A stretch of 24,000 nucleotides of DNA from the NCBI GenBank assembly GCA_002748735.1, contig PDTC01000009.1:25331-49330 (forward strand), read 5' to 3'. Below the pieces are notes generated by a model, which did not search any database, was not told where the DNA came from, and saw only the letters and a list, made by a program, of their open reading frames with translations. Positions 18,441 to 24,000 of this stretch are shown here, one piece after another; position 1 is the first letter of the stretch; each line of letters opens with the position of its first letter. Made by a program: the position numbers and the translations under genes. The stretch comes from Desulfobulbus propionicus (GTDB lineage Bacteria; Desulfobacterota; Desulfobulbia; Desulfobulbales; Desulfobulbaceae).

Positions 18441-19199
18441 ATGAAAAAGAAAATATTTATTCATCATCATATCTTTAAAAATGCAGGAACCTCTATTGAC
18501 AAATCTTTTAAAGAGATTTTTGGTGATCATATGTATTTTTATGATATGAATATTCCTGGAGGAGTTGTTTCAAATCATATGTTAATTGACTTTATTTATA
18601 AAAAAATCAATGGATTTCCTGCATGCATTTCGTCTCACCAGACATGTCTTTCAGTGAAAGGAGCAAATAATTTTAAGTTTATTGAGTTTGTAATGTTAAG
18701 AAATCCGCTTAGACGATTTTTATCTATGTACAATTATTACAAAAGAATACAATTATCCGGAGATAAACTTGAAAATCTTGCAAAAGAAAAAACTTTTAGA
18801 GAATTTGTAGAATACATATCAAATAATTCTAAAGTTATATCGTCAAATTTTCAAACAAATTTTTGTTCAAAAACAGATAGCATACGTCGTAAAATTGTAA
18901 AAGATGATCTTGAAAGGGCCAAGGATAATCTCTCCCATAATGTAAAAAATATTGGTGTTGTCGAGAGATTTAACGATTCAGTCAAGATTTTTAACCAAGT
19001 TTTAAGGGAAAATGAAATAAATGGTGAAATGATAATCTATAAAGAAAATAGTTCAAGAGATATACTTGATCCTATCAAGTATATAAAAGACAGTCTAGGC
19101 ACAAGTCTTTACCATAAAGTTAAAGCTCAAAATGTCTTTGATTTTGAGTTATATAATTTTGCAAATAAACTTTTGGACATAAGAGTTGAAAACTTATAA
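18441..19199 (+). CDS. Sulfotransferase family protein (Sulfotransfer_2-like, PAPS-dependent), horizontally acquired
   Basis: A 5'-PSB-like motif IHHHIFKNAGTSI (compare hIPKtGGTS) and a 3'-PB-like motif MLRNPLRRFLSMYNY (compare RdPveRlvSaY) are present. The RBS is GGAAAGGA. The gene is visibly far more AT-rich than its surroundings. Confidence 0.7.
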   Translation: MKKKIFIHHHIFKNAGTSIDKSFKEIFGDHMYFYDMNIPGGVVSNHMLIDFIYKKINGFPACISSHQTCLSVKGANNFKFIEFVMLRNPLRRFLSMYNYYKRIQLSGDKLENLAKEKTFREFVEYISNNSKVISSNFQTNFCSKTDSIRRKIVKDDLERAKDNLSHNVKNIGVVERFNDSVKIFNQVLRENEINGEMIIYKENSSRDILDPIKYIKDSLGTSLYHKVKAQNVFDFELYNFANKLLDIRVENL

Positions 19200-19772
19200 T
19201 TGGCGCTTCAAATTTCAGGTTATATTTATCCGACATTAAAAGACGGAGTAGAGTTGCGGCAATATTCCCCAATGTTGAGTCCTGGTTGTGGCTGGTAACA
19301 GCAGTGGCCATGGAAATATCTGACGATAGGGAAGGTTCGGGACGAAAGTCTTTGCAAATGGAGTAGACTTTGCCTCTTTGCTCGGAGTCCCGTCGGGGAC
19401 GCCTTCCTGTCATCGTCACTTACCGGTTCAGTGCTGATCGACGAGGTTGCCAAGACTGCGAAGAACGAGCACCGAAGGCTTGATCTTGATAACCTCGCCG
19501 ACCAGCGCTACGCTTGAACCGCGAGGGAAACGAACGCTTAAGGGAATTTACAGAAAAGATGTTGCTTTATCTTAATTTTTAACAATAAAATCCCAAAAGA
19601 GGAGCGATGATAATGTCCTGGCTGTCAATATTGTCATATTGACCGTGTAAAAAAAATTATGGGACTAATTTTTACTCAAATTCGTTCATAAAAACTTCTC
19701 GTGAGAAATGCGGGCTGGAACTGTCAAACGTTGAGGATCCACCGGCAACGCCGGGGGGTTACCTAAAAAAAG

Positions 19773-20168
19773 CTAGAACAGGAGACGGTGCCGGATCACC
19801 TTGGGAGCATGGGCTATCACAGCCGCCAGCAGGAAGGCGGCGATCATGGTGAGGCGTTCGGGTAAAAGTCCATGAAAGGCCAGACCGATGAGCACCATTT
19901 TGAGGACCACGGTAACTCCAGAGAGTTCGCGATAGAGCTGCTGGTGGCGCATGGCCTCGGTACAGACAAGCAGTATACCGGTGAGCATCACCAGGTAAAG
20001 GTAACATGAGGGTAGAGCAACATTATCCAGGAGAAAAGAGGCCAGAAAAACACCTGCGCCCACCTGATGCAAAGCGCGGATGAAGATCCCCGCAACCAGT
20101 ATCCACAGGGGACGCTCTCCGACCCTGCCCATGCCGCTAGTCGCTGGTTGACGAAAAAAGGCAGGCAT
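19773..20168 (-). CDS. Small polytopic membrane protein of unknown function
   Basis: Four hydrophobic segments are visible. The ATG at 20168 overlaps the uup stop (TAATG), which suggests translational coupling. The longer ORF to 20258 would overlap uup and is rejected. Confidence 0.6.
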   Translation of the reverse strand: MPAFFRQPATSGMGRVGERPLWILVAGIFIRALHQVGAGVFLASFLLDNVALPSCYLYLVMLTGILLVCTEAMRHQQLYRELSGVTVVLKMVLIGLAFHGLLPERLTMIAAFLLAAVIAHAPKVIRHRLLF

Positions 20169-22024
20169 TATTGCTCTCCTTCCTTGAGTCGCTCCAGTTC
20201 GTCCCAACGGCAATAGAGCGCTTCTATTTCTGGTTTGAGCGTCTCGGTTTCCTGCCAATAGGCGGCAAGCAGGTCGGCATCGGAAACGGTTTCCGGGAGG
20301 GCCATCAGCTGTTCCAACTCTTCAAGGCGTTCCTCTTTTGCCTGAATCTGTTTTTCCATGGCGTCATATTCACGTTGATCAAGGTAGGAGAGTTTGCCAG
20401 GTCTTGCGGCTGCAGGCTTCCCTGATTTCCCGGAAGCCGAGGGGATAGATTTCTTTCTTACCTTTGTGGATGCAGAGGGATTTTCCTGGTGTTGCAGGAG
20501 TTCGAGCCACTGTCCATAGTCAGCCAGGGCATGGATGCCTCCACGGTGATCGAACCCGAGGACGTGATTGCAGACCCGGTCAAGCAGAAAACGGTCATGG
20601 GTGACCAGGACCAGTGCTCCGGGAAAATCCATCAGGCCTTCTTCAAGAACATCCAGACTGGGGATGTCCAGATCATTGGTGGGCTCGTCCAGCAGTAGAA
20701 TGTCGGCGGGTCGCAGCATCAACCGGGCGATGAGGATTCGTGCCTGTTCTCCACCGGAAAGCCTGCCAACTGGTGTTTCCAGTTGATCAGGACGGAAAAG
20801 AAAGCGTTTTGCCCAACTCACCACATGCAGACTGCGGCCGCGAAAGAGTACCGAGTCACCATCCGGGGCCAGAGCTCGATGCAGGGTCGCTGCTGGATTG
20901 AGCTGCTCGCGCCGCTGGTCAAAACTGACAATGCGGACCTTGTCTGCTAACCGTATGGTGCCGCTGTCCGCCCTGGTGCCACCCTCACTTGCTGCCAGGA
21001 TCTTCATGAGCGTGGATTTGCCGCAACCATTACGGCCGAGCAGACCCACCCGACTTCCAGGAGTCAGGAGCAGATTCAGATCTGAAAACAAGGGAGTACC
21101 GTCAAAGGATTTGCAGAGACCCCGTGCCTCCAGGAGCTTTTTCGTCTTACGGCCGGAGTTGTCGAAACCGATATCCATGACCTGAAAAGCCCGGTTACGG
21201 GCACGTACTTCACCTAGGGAATCCTCAAGTCTGCCTGCCTCGTCAATGCGGTATTTGGCCTTGGTACCCCGTGCCTTGGGGCCACGGCGAAGCCACTCGG
21301 TCTCTCGGCGCATCTTATTGGCCATCCGCTCCTCAACCTGCTGTTGCTGCACAAGAAAAGTTGATTTTTTTTCAAGAAAATCACTGTAGGTGCCGGTAAC
21401 GGCAAAGACGTAGCCCGGGTATGCCGGAGAAAGCTCTACGATACGGTTGACCGTGTTTTCAAGAAACCGGCGGTCATGGCTGACCATGAGCAGGGCCGAG
21501 GGGCTTCCCGGTATCCGTGAGGACAACAGCTTTTCCAGCCAGAGGATACCCTCCATATCCAGGTGGTTGGTGGGCTCGTCCATAATCAGAAGATCCGGAT
21601 GCTGCGTCAGGGCCCTGGAGATGGCGAGTCGCTTGCGCCAACCTCCTGAGAGCAGATGGATGGGAACATCGGTATCTGTAAATTCAGCGCGACTGAGCAT
21701 GCACATGATGCGCTGCCGTCGCTCGGTATCCTCAAGGTTGAGGGGCGCCAGTGCAGTTTCAAGTGCTTCAACAGGGGTATGGTCCTCGTTGAAGACATCC
21801 GTCTGCGGCAAATACACCACCGACGTGTGTTTACGCGGCGTTACCGTACCGCTGTCCTGGTCTTCCAGGCCGGCCAGGATCCTGAGGAAGGTTGACTTAC
21901 CGGTACCGTTGGGTCCGATCAGGCCAATACGGTCATCTTCATGGAACACCAGATCAATATTGCTAAACAGCGTCTGGGCTCCAAAGGCCTTACTGACGCC
22001 ATTGCAGGTGAGCAGAGGGATCAT
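20168..22024 (-). CDS. uup: ABC-F family ATPase (Uup-like), two ABC domains plus a C-terminal coiled coil
   Basis: Two Walker A motifs (GPNGTGKST, GRNGCGKST), two LSGG signatures (LSGGWRKR, LSGGEQAR), no TM domain, and a Glu/Leu-rich C-terminal tail. Confidence 0.88.
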   Translation of the reverse strand: MIPLLTCNGVSKAFGAQTLFSNIDLVFHEDDRIGLIGPNGTGKSTFLRILAGLEDQDSGTVTPRKHTSVVYLPQTDVFNEDHTPVEALETALAPLNLEDTERRQRIMCMLSRAEFTDTDVPIHLLSGGWRKRLAISRALTQHPDLLIMDEPTNHLDMEGILWLEKLLSSRIPGSPSALLMVSHDRRFLENTVNRIVELSPAYPGYVFAVTGTYSDFLEKKSTFLVQQQQVEERMANKMRRETEWLRRGPKARGTKAKYRIDEAGRLEDSLGEVRARNRAFQVMDIGFDNSGRKTKKLLEARGLCKSFDGTPLFSDLNLLLTPGSRVGLLGRNGCGKSTLMKILAASEGGTRADSGTIRLADKVRIVSFDQRREQLNPAATLHRALAPDGDSVLFRGRSLHVVSWAKRFLFRPDQLETPVGRLSGGEQARILIARLMLRPADILLLDEPTNDLDIPSLDVLEEGLMDFPGALVLVTHDRFLLDRVCNHVLGFDHRGGIHALADYGQWLELLQHQENPSASTKVRKKSIPSASGKSGKPAAARPGKLSYLDQREYDAMEKQIQAKEERLEELEQLMALPETVSDADLLAAYWQETETLKPEIEALYCRWDELERLKEGEQ

Positions 22025-22053
22025 CGGTAGAATTTAATATCGCAGTGGTGATC

Positions 22054-23160
22054 TCAATGTTTTTTTTCCTGCATATCTTCGCTAGTGATTGACCGGGGAT
22101 AACTGCCCAGGTACTCGAAATACGCGCAGATCTGTTGCAGGATGGTACATGCCTCGGCAATTTCCGGATCTTCCATATGGCCATGCATGTCAAGAAAAAA
22201 CAGATATTTCCATCGCTTACCTTTCATGGGGCGGGACTCCAGTCGTGCCAGGTTGATACCTTTGGCCGAGAGGATGGTGAGCACCTCGTTCAGGGCGCCG
22301 GGACGATCCATGGTACCGAGCAGTAAAGAGGTCTTGTCCATACCGCTCTTGGAAGGAGGTGTTTTACCCAGCACCAGAAAGCGGGTGGTATTGCCCAGAT
22401 AGTCCTCAATCCCCTTGACCACGATCTGCAAATCGTAGGTTTTCAGGGCCATCGAGCTGGCAATGGCGCCGATATTGGGGTTGTTGGCAGCCATCTCGGC
22501 AGCCCCGCCTGTGGAGAAAACCGGCAGAGTGGGGATCCCCGGAAGGTGCTTACGCAGCCAGTTACGACACTGGGCCAGCCCCTGCTCGTGGGAGGCAACC
22601 GTCTGGATATCCTCAAGGTTGCCGCTCTGACAGACCAGGTTGTGGGTAATGGGGAGCTGAAGTTCACCGCAGATACACACTTCATATTTCAAGAAGCTGT
22701 CAAGGGTCGAGAATACTGATCCCTCTATAGAGTTCTCGACCGGAACAATGCCGTACTGCACCCGTTCCTTTTCAACCTCCTGGAAGACTTCATCAATGGA
22801 TTCCAGAGCGGTGTACGTTGCACTCTGACCGAAGAACTCCACTGCGGCCAGGTGGGTGAAGGTGGCTTCGGGGCCTAGGTAGGAGACAGCGGTTTTGCAC
22901 TGCGAGAGTCGGCAGGTAGTGATGATTTCATGAAAGATCGAGTGCAATGCCTTTTCAGGGAAGAGCCCTTGGTTATTCTTGAAAAGACGCTGATAAATTT
23001 CCAGTTCGCGCTGGGGGTCCCATTTGGCCCTTTTGGTCTCATCCTTGAGCATCCCGATGGTCCTGGCGGCCTGGAGCCGCTCCTTGAGCAGTTCGAGAAT
23101 CGTGGCATCAATCTCATCGATTCGTTGACGCACCTCACCTATGCTGGATTGATCGGTCAT
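22054..23160 (-). CDS. pheA: Bifunctional chorismate mutase / prephenate dehydratase (P-protein)
   Basis: The chorismate mutase domain (RQRIDEIDATILELLKERL) is followed by the prephenate dehydratase domain (VSYLGPEATFTH...TRF) and a C-terminal ACT domain (ESRP). Homology starts at the ATG at 23160. The upstream 130 codons of ORF 22054..23550 are antisense to the LarE-like gene and leader. Confidence 0.9.
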   Translation of the reverse strand: MTDQSSIGEVRQRIDEIDATILELLKERLQAARTIGMLKDETKRAKWDPQRELEIYQRLFKNNQGLFPEKALHSIFHEIITTCRLSQCKTAVSYLGPEATFTHLAAVEFFGQSATYTALESIDEVFQEVEKERVQYGIVPVENSIEGSVFSTLDSFLKYEVCICGELQLPITHNLVCQSGNLEDIQTVASHEQGLAQCRNWLRKHLPGIPTLPVFSTGGAAEMAANNPNIGAIASSMALKTYDLQIVVKGIEDYLGNTTRFLVLGKTPPSKSGMDKTSLLLGTMDRPGALNEVLTILSAKGINLARLESRPMKGKRWKYLFFLDMHGHMEDPEIAEACTILQQICAYFEYLGSYPRSITSEDMQEKKH

Positions 23161-23225
23161 GATATGCTCTCTTGATTTTTTGCTGAACTGATCGATGAAT
23201 CCTAGAATATGTACAGATTCTTGCA

Positions 23226-23258
23226 AAGAAAAAAATAGAAAAAGGCTTGCGTAAGCCT
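23226..23258 (-). terminator. Hairpin plus T-tract inside the pheA 5' leader (candidate attenuator)
   Basis: On the minus strand, AGGCTT-ACGC-AAGCCT is followed by TTTTTCTATTTTTTTC, about 65-100 nt upstream of the pheA ATG. No upstream co-directional gene exists for it to terminate. Confidence 0.4.
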
Positions 23259-23338
23259 GGAATTTTAAGCATAGATCAAGCTGTACGCAACGGCGATCAC
23301 TATCTGCCGGGCAAGAGCTGGGCAGAGAGGAGGTAAAG

Positions 23339-24000
23339 GTGCAGTTGGAGGACAAGGCAAAAAAACTCACACAGGTGCTGCTCGGATATGAACGGGTAGC
23401 CGTGGCCTTCAGTGGAGGTGTTGATTCTTCACTGCTGCTCGCTTGTGCCTTGAAGACCCTGGGCGCCGGTAACGTGCTGCCAGTGTTTGCCGACTCCTGC
23501 CTACTCAAGCAGGCAGAACGTGAAAGAGCTCTGGGATTTTTGAAGCGCAACGGTTTCCCTGGTGCCGTCGAGCTGATAGTGGTAGAACTTCACCCGCTTG
23601 CGTGGAAAGAGTTTGTTCGCAACCCTGAAGATCGATGTTATCTTTGCAAGCTTCGCATCTACAAGCAGTTTCGTGATGTGCTAGAGCACCACGGCTTTCG
23701 CCTGCTCGTCGATGGAACGAACACCGATGACCTCAAGGTTGGACGTCCCGGCCTTCGTGCCATCCGTGAACTTGGCGTCAAGACACCACTGGTGGAGGCA
23801 GGCTTTGACAAAAGTGATGTGCGTGAGTACAGCCGTAGATTACAACTGGATACCTGGGATATGCCCTCAGCCTCCTGTCTGTTCACCCGTATTCCTCATG
23901 GTCTCGAGGTAACCCAGGAGAGACTGGAGCGAATTGACCGATGGGAGAATGAACTGGAAACCCTGGGATTCAGGGGGTGCCGAACCAAACTCGATAGCAA
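23339..24000 (+). CDS. LarE-like PP-loop ATP pyrophosphatase (TIGR00268/COG1606 family), 3' partial
   Basis: This CDS is not in the supplied ORF track because it runs off the window. My own translation from the GTG at 23339 (RBS GAGAGGAGG) gives VAVAFSGGVDSSLLL (PP-loop SGGxDS), DRCYLCK, LVDGTNTDD and PSASCLFTRIP, with no stop to nt 24000. Confidence 0.8.
   Translation, partial: MQLEDKAKKLTQVLLGYERVAVAFSGGVDSSLLLACALKTLGAGNVLPVFADSCLLKQAERERALGFLKRNGFPGAVELIVVELHPLAWKEFVRNPEDRCYLCKLRIYKQFRDVLEHHGFRLLVDGTNTDDLKVGRPGLRAIRELGVKTPLVEAGFDKSDVREYSRRLQLDTWDMPSASCLFTRIPHGLEVTQERLERIDRWENELETLGFRGCRTKLDS

Noticed and set aside
19319-19350. Hammerhead-ribozyme-like core words, CTGACGA ... CGAAAG.
   Set aside because: The intervening sequence (TAGGGAAGGTTCGGGA) cannot form the required stem II, and no stem I/III partners or cleavage-site context were found.
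19605-19642. A tiny ORF (MIMSWLSILSY or MSWLSILSY) behind an AAGAGGAG Shine-Dalgarno-like sequence, which could be a type I toxin or leader peptide.
   Set aside because: At 9-11 aa it is too short and lacks a TM-length hydrophobic stretch. SD spacing to the first ATG is only 2 nt. No antisense RNA or structure evidence is visible from sequence alone.
23161-23550. The N-terminal 130-codon extension of the 498-aa minus-strand ORF containing pheA.
   Set aside because: Chorismate-mutase homology begins at the Met at 23160. The extension is Ser/Cys/Leu-rich nonsense, and it overlaps the pheA leader and the LarE-like CDS on the opposite strand.

Overview
The window looks like chromosome from an anaerobic, selenocysteine-using bacterium. 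Gene content and the roughly mid-50s %GC (judged by eye) suggest a Desulfobacterota/deltaproteobacterial lineage, but that is inference only.

Left third: a selenocysteine-containing formate dehydrogenase operon, fdhA with an in-frame UGA plus SECIS, then an Fe-S beta subunit and a cytochrome b gamma subunit. It is followed by a convergent secreted class-A beta-lactamase-like serine hydrolase and a MobB-like molybdopterin-guanine dinucleotide gene.

Middle: housekeeping genes, namely glk, yifB/comM-like, a TrmN6-like N6-adenine methyltransferase, queD-queE and a TviB/WbpO-like nucleotide-sugar dehydrogenase.

About 13.4-19.8 kb is an accessory patch. It holds long ORF-free stretches, a signal-peptide-bearing FmdE-family protein, a heavily decayed IS3-family transposase and an ArsR-family regulator. 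It also holds an ArsP/COG0701-type permease whose two annotated ORF halves are joined by an in-frame TGA at the first Cys of the family's CSC motif, followed by an fdhF-like SECIS hairpin. That makes it a candidate selenoprotein transporter and the most interesting item here. The patch continues with a frameshifted IS200-type tnpA, a strikingly AT-rich sulfotransferase and a roughly 560 bp non-coding stretch containing a nested-helix RNA-like element.

Right end: small membrane protein-uup(ABC-F)-pheA on the minus strand and a divergent LarE-like PP-loop ATPase that runs off the window and is absent from the ORF track.

No rRNA, convincing tRNA or CRISPR array was seen.
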